DNA of 64,000 nt from Thermoplasmatota archaeon (GTDB lineage: Archaea > Thermoplasmatota > Poseidoniia > Poseidoniales > Poseidoniaceae): the NCBI GenBank assembly GCA_036019775.1, contig JAYXXD010000001.1:3202-67201 (forward strand), in the 5' to 3' direction. Position numbers and translations under genes: made by a program. The first letter of the stretch is position 1, and each line of letters opens with the position of its first letter. This document shows positions 9,773 through 18,961 of this stretch, piece after piece. The notes below the pieces were generated by a model that saw only the letters and a list, made by a program, of their open reading frames with translations, ran no database searches and was not told the DNA's origin.

Positions 9773-9874
9773 GAAAACCCCCAATAAGATGCAATTGAAG
9801 AACTATCTCCTAAGCCACGTTGTTGACAGAATTGCTTCACTCAGTTTAATGAATGTCCCTTGATACGGAAGGGT

Positions 9875-10255
9875 ATGGGTTTCTTCCGACGCCTTTTTTC
9901 CAATCGCAAATCAACAACTGAAATGGAAGAGAATTCGGAAGATGATATGCTTTCTACACTCAAGGAGCAATATCAACGAGATATTGAACAAGATGTTTCA
10001 GCTATTGAATCGGTATTGGATTCCGATGAGGAACAACCAGAAATTGTTGAAGCTTTACCCGCTCCAGATTATGATAGCGAAAGAACTACGGTTGAAGAGG
10101 CGCTTCTTGACACAGAAATGGAAAATTTTTCCGAAAAAAATGTTATCGAACATAACTCGATTGAGGGCATTGGAAACCATCTGAAATCTGCAAGTATCGT
10201 TGGTGATATCCCATCAGAGGTATCCTTTGACCCGCCAAGCGAGACAACGCCCTGA
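9875..10255 (+). CDS. Small highly acidic, low-complexity (probably disordered) protein
   Basis: E/D/S-rich, 126 aa from ATG 9875; no motif. Confidence 0.4.
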   Translation: MGFFRRLFSNRKSTTEMEENSEDDMLSTLKEQYQRDIEQDVSAIESVLDSDEEQPEIVEALPAPDYDSERTTVEEALLDTEMENFSEKNVIEHNSIEGIGNHLKSASIVGDIPSEVSFDPPSETTP

Positions 10256-10318
10256 ATCGGTCAAATTTTACTCAGCACAACAACATGGTTAGATATAGGA
10301 CCGAATTGAGGGGAATTC

Positions 10319-11494
10319 ATGCAAGAGAAACTACTGCGGGCACGTGGCTTGTTTCTTGCTGCTGTTATGGTAACATTTTCACTTGCTGGATGTCTAGAGG
10401 CGTTGGATACAACGACCAAACCGCGAGCAACGCTTGAAGTGTATCCTCTTCTCATCCAAGAAGGTGAAATGGTCACGTTTGATGCACGGGAATCCGATGC
10501 TATAGAGGGAATAATCACCGCATATCGCTGGGATTTTGGTGATGGAGAGACCTCTGAAACCGTCACCGGTTTCACCTCACATATTTACGATATTTTTGGC
10601 GTTTATACCATTTCGCTTGAAGTCGAAAACGACCAAGGAGGAATCGACGAAGCATTTACTATCGTAACTGTCAATGGTGCTCCAACAATAGAACTCAACT
10701 ATCCCGATAATCCCCGAGCAGGTGACGCAGTACTCCTCGACGGTTCTTCCTCCAGCGATCCTGAGTCGGCTGAATTGTCCTTCCAATGGGATTTGGACTG
10801 GGGTGTGGATTCTGATGGAGATGGTGATGGCAGAAATGACATCGATTCCACTGATCCACAAACTCTCCTCCCAACTAATACGAGCGGGATTTACACCGGT
10901 TCATTGACCATCGATGACGGCCAAGGAGGAGTTGTTACAGAAGTGTTTGAAATTAATGTTTCAGCAAGACAATTCAACATCCAATGGAAGGAACGCGTCA
11001 TTGAAAAATCGTGGTCAGAATACCTCGATGAAGGAGATGAGTGGACAGAAGAAATCCTTCCCGGACAACAAGGAAGAATCCTTTCATTTGAAGCCACATT
11101 AGAACTCGAAGATGATATCATCCAGCCCTATGATAATTTTTCACTCATCATTTCAATACCAGAAGATGGTTTCAATGAGGAAGCTGAAACCGAGGGCGGT
11201 AACGTTACCCAATCCGAAAATGCGAAAGCGACAATAACAGCAAATGACCTCAATTCCAAAGGCCTCGATGAAGTCATTGAAGCTGACTCTGAAGCGGTCG
11301 TACTTCGGAAGATTCTTGGCCAGCCCGGCCAAAACTTTGGACAGGATTCTTGGAGGTTATTCGTCAAAGCATTACAGACAAATCCTGATTCGACAATAGA
11401 ATTTCTTCCTGACCCAGATCCAGGTAACGATTGGACTCTAACACTTCGAATAGTGATTCATGAACCAATCATTACTGAAATTTCATTTGAGTAA
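10319..11494 (+). CDS. Lipobox-containing secreted protein with PKD-like domains
   Basis: Signal peptide plus LAGC lipobox; PKD-like YRWDFGDGETSE...YTISLEVEND and a second copy LSFQWDLDWGVDSDGDGDG. Confidence 0.65.
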   Translation: MQEKLLRARGLFLAAVMVTFSLAGCLEALDTTTKPRATLEVYPLLIQEGEMVTFDARESDAIEGIITAYRWDFGDGETSETVTGFTSHIYDIFGVYTISLEVENDQGGIDEAFTIVTVNGAPTIELNYPDNPRAGDAVLLDGSSSSDPESAELSFQWDLDWGVDSDGDGDGRNDIDSTDPQTLLPTNTSGIYTGSLTIDDGQGGVVTEVFEINVSARQFNIQWKERVIEKSWSEYLDEGDEWTEEILPGQQGRILSFEATLELEDDIIQPYDNFSLIISIPEDGFNEEAETEGGNVTQSENAKATITANDLNSKGLDEVIEADSEAVVLRKILGQPGQNFGQDSWRLFVKALQTNPDSTIEFLPDPDPGNDWTLTLRIVIHEPIITEISFE

Positions 11495-11526
11495 GTCAAG
11501 ACGAAAAGGGTTTCAATGGTCAATGT

Positions 11527-11898
11527 ATGGGAGGGTTGAGTGGCATGGTTGAATCCGTTGAAATCAGTCGAGTCAATATCAGAGACACCCTCTCTGTTGA
11601 TCTTTCAGTATGGATGAATCACCCAGATGATATGGATTTCAGGCCATCGCTTTCTTGCAAGGATAAGATGTTCACCATCTCCTCCATCACTTCTGGAAAA
11701 GCACTCGCTAGTGTCGAATTGGATGATGAGCAAATGCAAGCCCTTGAAGCATCACTAACCGCTGAACTCCGAGTCAAATTCCAAGTCCATGGCATGCACG
11801 GCCGCTTGAACAAGATCGCTCCAATTATTGCGGATGGAAAAGCCAAGAAACTGGCTACTGCCAACTGGAAGACCGTTCAACCGGTCACAATGGAATAG
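11527..11898 (+). CDS. Hypothetical protein (123 aa)
   Basis: Clean ATG ORF; stop followed immediately by the GGGAATTCCC palindrome. Confidence 0.45.
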   Translation: MGGLSGMVESVEISRVNIRDTLSVDLSVWMNHPDDMDFRPSLSCKDKMFTISSITSGKALASVELDDEQMQALEASLTAELRVKFQVHGMHGRLNKIAPIIADGKAKKLATANWKTVQPVTME

Positions 11899-11947
11899 GG
11901 AATTCCCCCATTTGTTTCATAAGCGTAAACGCAAACATTTGCGTTTA
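11898..11947. promoter_or_regulatory. Intergenic region with a 10-bp perfect palindrome (GGGAATTCCC) and a 10-nt inverted repeat TAAACGCAAA-CA-TTTGCGTTTA abutting the next start codon
   Basis: Read directly from the sequence at ~11898-11907 and ~11926-11947. Confidence 0.45.
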
Positions 11948-12237
11948 TGTCCCCAAGAAGACTGGGCAAAGGTTCCCAGAAAAAGGCACGCTTTGAACGA
12001 CTGAAAGAAGAAATCATGCGGTTTGTGACAACAAACCCAGGGTGCTCAGCCCAATCGATTGTTGCGAATTTGTCCCATGATCGAACGATGCGAAATCATG
12101 GGCTGACTCCTCGAAAAGTTGGTTTCTTTATTCCAAGACATCTTGCAGATCGATTGACATGGTGGCAAGATCATCGTGCTGGACGCCGGGTGTACGGGTG
12201 TCTTCAAGCAAAAGATATTGGTTCAAAAAAAATTTGA
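11947..12237 (+). CDS. Small basic protein, possible winged-helix DNA-binding regulator
   Basis: 96 aa, K/R-rich; ATG overlapped by the upstream inverted repeat. Confidence 0.4.
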   Translation: MSPRRLGKGSQKKARFERLKEEIMRFVTTNPGCSAQSIVANLSHDRTMRNHGLTPRKVGFFIPRHLADRLTWWQDHRAGRRVYGCLQAKDIGSKKI

Positions 12238-12279
12238 TATTGCAATTCAATTAAATAACCATCGTTTGTATCATAATTT

Positions 12280-13125
12280 ATGCTTACAGGGACATCTTGG
12301 TACATTCTTTGGGTAGGATTTTGTTTTGCCGCTGCGGGTATCCTGGTTAACTTATTTATCAAAGACTTGTACAAAAAGAAGGACGACCACCAACTCTTTT
12401 CAAAGAACAATTTGGTGCTCCAGTTGTACATGATTATCGTATCGCTTTTTTTGGTTTTATTCGTTTTGAATTTATTAGGAGTCGCATTAGTTCTAATTCT
12501 TGAGCGAGGAGTAAGTGAAGGTTTTTTCATTCCTGCAGGGGAATGGGATCTCTCAATCTCAGAAAGTATAGTTTCAATATCATGTTGCGTTATTCTTGCT
12601 GCAATTTATTCATTGTCCGTTAGGGATGTTTTCACTATAAGCTCCAGAATAAGCCAAGTTAAATCATCGTTTTATCAAAACCAGTCCGCCAATAGAACAG
12701 GAATTGATTTGGAAGCAGCCGACCAAAACTCTCGAGAATCAACAGAATCTACTGGCCCGGTTACGTTAGATGACATTATCTCAGCCTTAGAATTTCAATT
12801 GAAACATGCCCGGCAAGATGCAGAAAATGCCAAGTCTGAGTTGCAAGAAACCCGTAAAAAAGTAGCTAGCTTGGAGGTTGAAATTGGACAAAAAGAAATT
12901 GAAATAAACAAGATATTGGCATCAAAATCGAATCTTGATCGGGTATTAGATGAACAAGACATTGGAGGAGATAGCTCGGGTAGAAAATCTCTTTCGATAC
13001 AGGATTCAGTCGTAGTTGGAGATACAATCTTTGGTGGGATAAAAATAGACAAATTGATTCTAAATGATGCTCAAGCCATTGCCGAAGCAATCATCCAACA
13101 CGATTGGGATAAAAGATCAGATTAG
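12280..13125 (+). CDS. Membrane protein (N-terminal TM helices) with a C-terminal coiled-coil region
   Basis: Hydrophobic N-terminal half; heptad-like charged segment LKHARQDAENAKSELQETRKKVASLEVEIGQKEIEINK. Confidence 0.5.
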   Translation: MLTGTSWYILWVGFCFAAAGILVNLFIKDLYKKKDDHQLFSKNNLVLQLYMIIVSLFLVLFVLNLLGVALVLILERGVSEGFFIPAGEWDLSISESIVSISCCVILAAIYSLSVRDVFTISSRISQVKSSFYQNQSANRTGIDLEAADQNSRESTESTGPVTLDDIISALEFQLKHARQDAENAKSELQETRKKVASLEVEIGQKEIEINKILASKSNLDRVLDEQDIGGDSSGRKSLSIQDSVVVGDTIFGGIKIDKLILNDAQAIAEAIIQHDWDKRSD

Positions 13126-13199
13126 ATGCGGCTCCGCAATTTTCACATGGCATGGTAGTGGAATCACACCAAGCATGTGGATATTTCGAATCTCGACAA

Positions 13200-13481
13200 T
13201 CATTCAGTTGCGACTGCTTCCCTTTCCTCACGCTTCTTACGATTTTGTCGCTTCTTGTACCATGGATAGATTGGCCACTTTGCTAAACCAGTCCACATGA
13301 CCAAGAATACAAAGGTGGTTGAAACGAACTTGTCTGTTTCTGCAGACCATGCAGTATCCATCCATCCGTACTCAACGTATGCAATTCTTGAATGATAAAC
13401 TACCAACATAATTCCTGCCAGCAAGTGTACATATCTCCAAATCTTGTTCCAATTTCGTGCCATTACCGTTGAATTATTCAT
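13200..13481 (-). CDS. Small membrane protein (2 TM), start uncertain
   Basis: ORF track start 13514 is a TTG; the first ATG gives MNNSTVMARNW...; hydrophobic helices present. Confidence 0.3.
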   Translation of the reverse strand: MNNSTVMARNWNKIWRYVHLLAGIMLVVYHSRIAYVEYGWMDTAWSAETDKFVSTTFVFLVMWTGLAKWPIYPWYKKRQNRKKREEREAVATE

Positions 13482-13542
13482 TTCAGTATATTTTGTTTCC
13501 TGCTGTAATTTCAATTTGCGATTTGGTTATAAAAATTCAAAC

Positions 13543-15708
13543 TTAATCGGAGAGCCTTTTTGCCATCTCTCGCCGAGTTTCTTCAGGATCGATGAACATA
13601 GCTCCGAAGATGACAACCGTTTCAAGCAATGCCGCGATAAAAAACAGCGTTGAATAATCAAATCTTGCAGCTAGGGGGGCCGTTAATTGGTACCCTATGA
13701 TTGCTGAGAGATTCATCATCGCCATGTATCCAGTGAATTGAGTCCCTCCAACCTCAGCCCATGTAATTCGCATCATGAGGGAATAAATATTGATCGATAC
13801 CATGGCCCAAACAAACGTCTGCAGGCTCCATACAGTCATCATAAACAGTCCATTGCTCCATAGAGATTCATTTATTCCCCAAATGACGGTAATGAGAGCG
13901 GTTGAAAACGCCGCACCGATGATGATTGCTTTGCCTCCAAACTGTTTTCCTAACTGGCCTCCAACCATGTAACCTAGCATTGTAACGATGAGAATTACGC
14001 CACCTTTGGTGGCATTGAATTGCTCCTCAGTCCATCCTAATTCTCGGACGAAAAGTAGAGGAAGAATAGGTATGAGGAAGTACGAGAGTGAGATAATCAA
14101 ACTCAATAAAACACCGAGTTGCGCTGAGCGAAACGAGAAGGCAATTTTGATATTGTCGAAAATGTCTTTGAAATTCTTTTGCTCAATCGCTTCCTGTTCA
14201 ACGATATTTTCAGAAGACTCACTCCATGGAAACAATTTCTCTCCAGGCCGTTCTGTCATGAATAATGGGACCAGCATGATGGCAACGAGGATTGGAATTT
14301 GCAGCACAATCGCTCCCTTTATTCCAACAAATCCGATGATGGTTCCCAAACCCGCCCCACCAATGATTCCTCCAACTGCTTTCGAAGTGAACATGTAACT
14401 GTTGACTTTCTCAAATTCGTGCGGTTCAAGGATATCGACAGCAAGCGCGTCAGTACTAACATCTTGTAGAGCAGTAAAGATGTTGTAAACGAGGAACATA
14501 ACTCCAACGAGCGTCACATTTGAGGACATGTTTGGGATCAACAACATAGAACTGAGAACAACAATCATTCCTGTTTGGGCGATTAAAATCCACGGTCTTC
14601 GCTTACCCATTTCTGGGAACTGATAGCGATCGATAATTGGACCCCATAGGAATTTTACCGACCAAGGGAGCGTTCCAAGCGTGAGCAAGAAAGCGAGTTG
14701 ACCCGCTGCTACACCTTCAACGGCCAAATAGGTCACGAAGGTCACTGTAATGAAACCCCATGGTATGCCCTGTGCAACATAAAGGGCACAGAGGGTCAAC
14801 ACTCGAGCACGATAACTTTCAACCAATGTCTTCCCTTCTTCGGCCGAAGATTGAGATTCATCAATGACTTCATCATCCTCGAGGATTACAGTGAGATGAT
14901 ACCGTTCTTTCTTAGTGAAAAGATAACCGACCAAAATGAGCATTCCGATAAACCAAGGGGAAAAAACGATGATGGAAATCGAACCGTTTCCAACTGCCAA
15001 GGAAGAAACATCATCACTTCCAATCAAATCAAGGTCGATGACCAATAGTGATATTGAGCTTGCAACATTCTCACCATTATCTGTGTGCGTGCAACTTCCT
15101 CCATCATAAGCGGCTGCTTCAACCATAATTTTGAAACTGTACGTTCCGAAGACGACTTCACCAAGATCGATTTGATTGAGAATTTCAGACTTTGACATTC
15201 CGGAGATGTTTTCCATCTCCAGTAAGGATTGGTTATGCCAAGTCAAGTTGAGAATGTGAGATCCTGGGTTGGAATCACTTTCTGTAAGTGTCCATGAATT
15301 TTTTGTTACAGTTCCGTAAATCACATCTGGAACATTATCTTCTAAACCCGTACAGAAACCAAAATTGGCAGATTCATCTTCATTAGGATAGTCAAGCACC
15401 ATTGAAATTCCAACAATAATTCCCCCAGCATTCTGAATTTCTTGTTCAACATCGTTCGATGTTAAATCCCAAACAACTTCTTCACCATCCGAATAATACT
15501 CGGACTTCGTTTCGAGTAAAATTTCAGTCCATTGAACATCAACCGAATACGTACCTGCTGCCGAATCAGTTTCGTTTCCACTAATGCAACCAGATAAAGG
15601 CAGAGCAAGTAAGGTGACAAGGATGAATGTCACCATGCGCTGCATGACTGGACCGTTTCCATCGCTTGTTTTGAATATTCGGGATTTCTGAACCGACGAC
15701 CTCATCAA
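13543..15708 (-). CDS. MFS permease (AmpG/PAT/folate-biopterin-transporter-like clade) fused to an N-terminal ~230-aa lipobox-anchored extracytoplasmic domain
   Basis: Motifs LWGPIIDRY and GKRRPWILIAQ typical of the AmpG/FBT clade; 12+ TM; N-terminal MQRMVTFILVTLLALPLSGC lipobox-type signal. Confidence 0.7.
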   Translation of the reverse strand: MMRSSVQKSRIFKTSDGNGPVMQRMVTFILVTLLALPLSGCISGNETDSAAGTYSVDVQWTEILLETKSEYYSDGEEVVWDLTSNDVEQEIQNAGGIIVGISMVLDYPNEDESANFGFCTGLEDNVPDVIYGTVTKNSWTLTESDSNPGSHILNLTWHNQSLLEMENISGMSKSEILNQIDLGEVVFGTYSFKIMVEAAAYDGGSCTHTDNGENVASSISLLVIDLDLIGSDDVSSLAVGNGSISIIVFSPWFIGMLILVGYLFTKKERYHLTVILEDDEVIDESQSSAEEGKTLVESYRARVLTLCALYVAQGIPWGFITVTFVTYLAVEGVAAGQLAFLLTLGTLPWSVKFLWGPIIDRYQFPEMGKRRPWILIAQTGMIVVLSSMLLIPNMSSNVTLVGVMFLVYNIFTALQDVSTDALAVDILEPHEFEKVNSYMFTSKAVGGIIGGAGLGTIIGFVGIKGAIVLQIPILVAIMLVPLFMTERPGEKLFPWSESSENIVEQEAIEQKNFKDIFDNIKIAFSFRSAQLGVLLSLIISLSYFLIPILPLLFVRELGWTEEQFNATKGGVILIVTMLGYMVGGQLGKQFGGKAIIIGAAFSTALITVIWGINESLWSNGLFMMTVWSLQTFVWAMVSINIYSLMMRITWAEVGGTQFTGYMAMMNLSAIIGYQLTAPLAARFDYSTLFFIAALLETVVIFGAMFIDPEETRREMAKRLSD

Positions 15709-15723
15709 TCGATTTCTCGTCGG

Positions 15724-16401
15724 GTGAGCATGGACGACCCATCGAAGGTTGCAGCATACTTCGATCTCGATGGCACATTACTCAACGCTTCTAGCGAGAA
15801 GACGTTGACAGGCGTTCTTGCAAAAAGGCGGCCTTGGAGAATTCCACATGCAACAGTTGCATGGATTTTTGGTGCGGCAATTGGCCTTCTCACAGGAAAG
15901 GCCCCTTACGACGCTTTACGAAACCGTGGACATCTTTCGTTTGCATCTTGGCGCATTCTTGAACAGTACTCAGAAGAAATAGCAACATCCATGCTCAAAT
16001 CAAAAATATCTGAAGGTGCTTGGGAGCGGCTCGAATGGCATCGCCGACAAGGACATCGTTTGGTTCTCGTTACAGCAACTGTTGCTCCGATGGCGGAAGC
16101 GATGGCACGCGTTCTCAACATGGATGAAGTGTATGGTTGTGGGCCTGAAACGCGTTCAGGATGGCTATCAGGATCCGAACGAGGATGGTCCGTGCCTCGT
16201 CGAAAAGGAAAGGTGCCTATAGTTGAGCAAGATGCGAGGATGAATGGCCATGATCTGACAAAGTGTTTCGGATACGGCAACACTCTTGCGGATTCGTGGT
16301 TTATGCGAATATGCGGCCATGCTATCGCTGTAAACCCAGAAGGGCCACTGCAAAAATTCGCAGAGGAGCGAGAATGGGAAATAGTTCATTGGCCCTCCTA
16401 A
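15724..16401 (+). CDS. HAD-superfamily hydrolase, subfamily IB (phosphoserine-phosphatase-like)
   Basis: Motif I YFDLDGTLL; Rossmannoid core; 225 aa. Confidence 0.7.
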   Translation: MSMDDPSKVAAYFDLDGTLLNASSEKTLTGVLAKRRPWRIPHATVAWIFGAAIGLLTGKAPYDALRNRGHLSFASWRILEQYSEEIATSMLKSKISEGAWERLEWHRRQGHRLVLVTATVAPMAEAMARVLNMDEVYGCGPETRSGWLSGSERGWSVPRRKGKVPIVEQDARMNGHDLTKCFGYGNTLADSWFMRICGHAIAVNPEGPLQKFAEEREWEIVHWPS

Positions 16402-16431
16402 GTTCAAATACCCTCGAATTCCGAATTCTTC

Positions 16432-17322
16432 ATGAGCGATGAATTTCTCCTAGCAGATGAAGAAGAGGTTGAGCACCCTTCCCCCTCAACCGAATATCAA
16501 AAAAAGAAATTAAAGCAATTTCAAGGAAGAATCGATTCAGGATTCACTGCAATGCAGACCTCTCTCGATTATCTGATGAAGACTATTGAAAAGAATCCAG
16601 AGAGAATCATTTTCGATGCAGAGAACATCATTGTACTCGGTAATCTTGCAACCTACTCAATTCCGCTTGATTCCGTTCTTTCACGACTCAAAAACCCATT
16701 TGCTGGAGGGAGTGGGCTTCAAGCAACAAAAACAACAAGAAAGGGCGAGTTAAAGGGGAAGGAGGCAACGGTATGTATTCAACCGGATTACAAAAATGTC
16801 TCAGATCTTCCCGGTTGCGATGTTTTGGATTCTTACTTCTTGATGCTTCTAAATGATGACAAATTTATCCTTCAGCCTGCACATGGCCCTCTACGAAGAG
16901 CGATGCTTCAATTGTATGGGCTTTCCACGAGCCCAGCTTCCTCGATCGTAAAATCATGGGTTGAATCCACAACTGGCGCAGTAATGAAGCCCGAAGAATC
17001 TGCTGCGGAGATTAAAGGAACTGATGGTTGGAAATGGCGAGTTTCCGATGCCAACCCGTTGGTGAGCGGATTCACGATATGGTTCAAGAAAAAGAACCAA
17101 AGAAAATGGACCAAGGTGGTCGATGATTCATCCGATTTTGAGTATTGTTACCACTATGATGATGTTTTGTCTGTGCTCGAATTGCTATCCGACTCTCCTC
17201 GAGTGCTCATTCACGACGAGCCTTATGCATCCGATGAGTATTTTATGCTGCAGGTCGCAAAACATCATCCCCCTGTCGCAAAGAGGGTGGAAAGAGATCG
17301 TGCTCAGCAGGCAGCATCATGA
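16432..17322 (+). CDS. Hypothetical protein (296 aa)
   Basis: Clean ORF with acidic N-terminus; no recognisable family. Confidence 0.5.
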   Translation: MSDEFLLADEEEVEHPSPSTEYQKKKLKQFQGRIDSGFTAMQTSLDYLMKTIEKNPERIIFDAENIIVLGNLATYSIPLDSVLSRLKNPFAGGSGLQATKTTRKGELKGKEATVCIQPDYKNVSDLPGCDVLDSYFLMLLNDDKFILQPAHGPLRRAMLQLYGLSTSPASSIVKSWVESTTGAVMKPEESAAEIKGTDGWKWRVSDANPLVSGFTIWFKKKNQRKWTKVVDDSSDFEYCYHYDDVLSVLELLSDSPRVLIHDEPYASDEYFMLQVAKHHPPVAKRVERDRAQQAAS

Positions 17323-17324
17323 TT

Positions 17325-17401
17325 TGGCGGCCCCTCCGCGATTCGAACACGGGTCTCAACCTCCGCAGGGTCGAAGGATATCCAAACTACCCCAAGGGGC
17401 C
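17325..17401 (-). tRNA. tRNA-Arg (anticodon GCG) with encoded CCA
   Basis: Hand-folded: 7-bp acceptor stem GGCCCCT/AGGGGCC; T-loop TTCGAAT with stem CCGTG/CGCGG; anticodon stem CGACC/GGTTG with loop CTGCGGA; discriminator G plus CCA; the GCG anticodon is archaeal-style. Confidence 0.8.
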
Positions 17402-17499
17402 GGGGTATTTGCTCCACCTGCCAAGTTGATATAAGCACAACGGCATAGAAACCGATGGCTCGTACAAGAGTTCATACTGCTTCTACCTATACGTAGGTC

Positions 17500-17916
17500 A
17501 TGGCAGTTCGAATTGAGCGAGGTGTTGATTTCCCAATGGTGGACCTCGCAAACATCGCTTATTACCCGAGGATTTTTGACCTTGCTCACCGTTTCTTCGA
17601 GGACGCATGGATGGACATCTGTAATATTCGGTATGCTGATTTGATCCTCGTACGAAAAACTGGCTTTCCCGTTGTTCACGTTGAATCCGAATTTCATCTC
17701 CCATTACGTTATGGTGATCAAATCACTGCTACAATTTGGATTGATGCAATCGGTGAATCGTCGTGCACATGGTGCTATGAGTTCCACAATCAACATGGCC
17801 AATTATTGTGGACATCATCTCAGGTTACAGTTTGTGTGGAGATGGAGTCAATGAAACGAAGAACGATTCCAGATGATTTGCGATTAGGGCTAGAATCATG
17901 TAAGAGGGATGATTGA
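17500..17916 (+). CDS. 4HBT-fold acyl-CoA thioesterase (YbgC/FcoT-like)
   Basis: 138 aa; hot-dog fold signature ...YYPRIFDLAHRFFED...VVHVESEFHLPLRYGDQI... Confidence 0.7.
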   Translation: MAVRIERGVDFPMVDLANIAYYPRIFDLAHRFFEDAWMDICNIRYADLILVRKTGFPVVHVESEFHLPLRYGDQITATIWIDAIGESSCTWCYEFHNQHGQLLWTSSQVTVCVEMESMKRRTIPDDLRLGLESCKRDD

Positions 17917-18514
17917 GATGATGAATTCAGAAGTTCCAGATATGTTTGCGGTACGCCCCGACCGCAAAGGTCCAAAGACGGTAGCGATTCTGCTCTTACT
18001 TGGTGGAATTTTCTTCGCAATTCTAGGTTATGCAGATTTGTCAAATCATAGGTCAGAAACTCTTTCAGATAGCCAAATTGAAACACTGATTAACGTACCC
18101 AACGAGCAGGGAGAGAATCTTACCATCGACCAATTCCAAGAGTTTCACAAGGAGGTAAATCACCAAAATGGATACCTTGTTCGGGGGATTTCACTATCAT
18201 TTGGTGCAGCATTTATCGTTACAGGAAGTATATTTCTTTACTTGATGAAACCAATTGGGGGTAAGCTGGCTTTGCTAGGTGCCGGAATCACGTTCATTGG
18301 AGGAATCTTGGGAAATATCATCATTCATGATGCAGCACAACTTCATCTGAATCAGTCTATGCTCATTCAAACGTATGAGATCACAGGTTATTTGTGCGGT
18401 GTTTGTACATTCTTATGTGGGGCTTTGGCCTTGCTCCCATTAATCAACGCGAGGGCGAAACTGGCTTTTGATGAGGCAAGAAATGTTGAAATCATTTATG
18501 ATGAATCAGAATGA
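17909..18514 (+). CDS. Membrane protein (4 TM), unknown function
   Basis: ATG overlaps the upstream gene's end; hydrophobic helices. Confidence 0.5.
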   Translation: MIEMMNSEVPDMFAVRPDRKGPKTVAILLLLGGIFFAILGYADLSNHRSETLSDSQIETLINVPNEQGENLTIDQFQEFHKEVNHQNGYLVRGISLSFGAAFIVTGSIFLYLMKPIGGKLALLGAGITFIGGILGNIIIHDAAQLHLNQSMLIQTYEITGYLCGVCTFLCGALALLPLINARAKLAFDEARNVEIIYDESE

Positions 18515-18954
18515 TTGTCTGGACGAGGCCATTTCTTTGCTAATGCTTTTTCCAAATCTTCATTCAATATAGCATTCCACCAATCACTCCCCTGCCATAT
18601 GGCATACTTGCCACGTATCCCGCGTAAGTCAGCTCCCTCCAACTTACAATTTCGAAAAGTCGACAGATTACAACGGGCTTTTCTTAAATCGGCTCCTCTG
18701 AAATCCGCTCCATCAAATGCAGATTTCATCAGGTCCGCTTCGACCATTGATGCACGCCGGAAATCACATTCAGAGAAGTCGCCTTCCGTTAGGTCTGCTT
18801 CGTCGAGAATCGCTCTCCGGAATGTTGATCCACGGTGCCGACCTTTCCTGAAAATTCCCTTTGCATGATTCTGATAGGAGCAATCGAGAACCTCTGCTTC
18901 TGTCGAATCCGGATCGTCCCGGGGGTCACCTGCCCCGCCACCAGACATTACCAT
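18496..18954 (-). CDS. Pentapeptide-repeat protein
   Basis: Repeats ADLTEGDFSECDFRRASMVEADLMKSAFDGADFRGADLRKARCNLSTFRNCKLEGADLRG; internal ATG (MVMSGG) removes the overlap with the upstream ORF. Confidence 0.7.
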   Translation of the reverse strand: MVMSGGGAGDPRDDPDSTEAEVLDCSYQNHAKGIFRKGRHRGSTFRRAILDEADLTEGDFSECDFRRASMVEADLMKSAFDGADFRGADLRKARCNLSTFRNCKLEGADLRGIRGKYAIWQGSDWWNAILNEDLEKALAKKWPRPDNHSDSS

Positions 18955-18961
18955 AAGGCGC

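Noticed and set aside
17123-17434. 103-aa plus-strand ORF and 113-aa minus-strand ORF (17356-17697) covering the tRNA-Arg locus
   Set aside because: Overlap a well-folded tRNA gene and the 4HBT thioesterase start; no coding signal.
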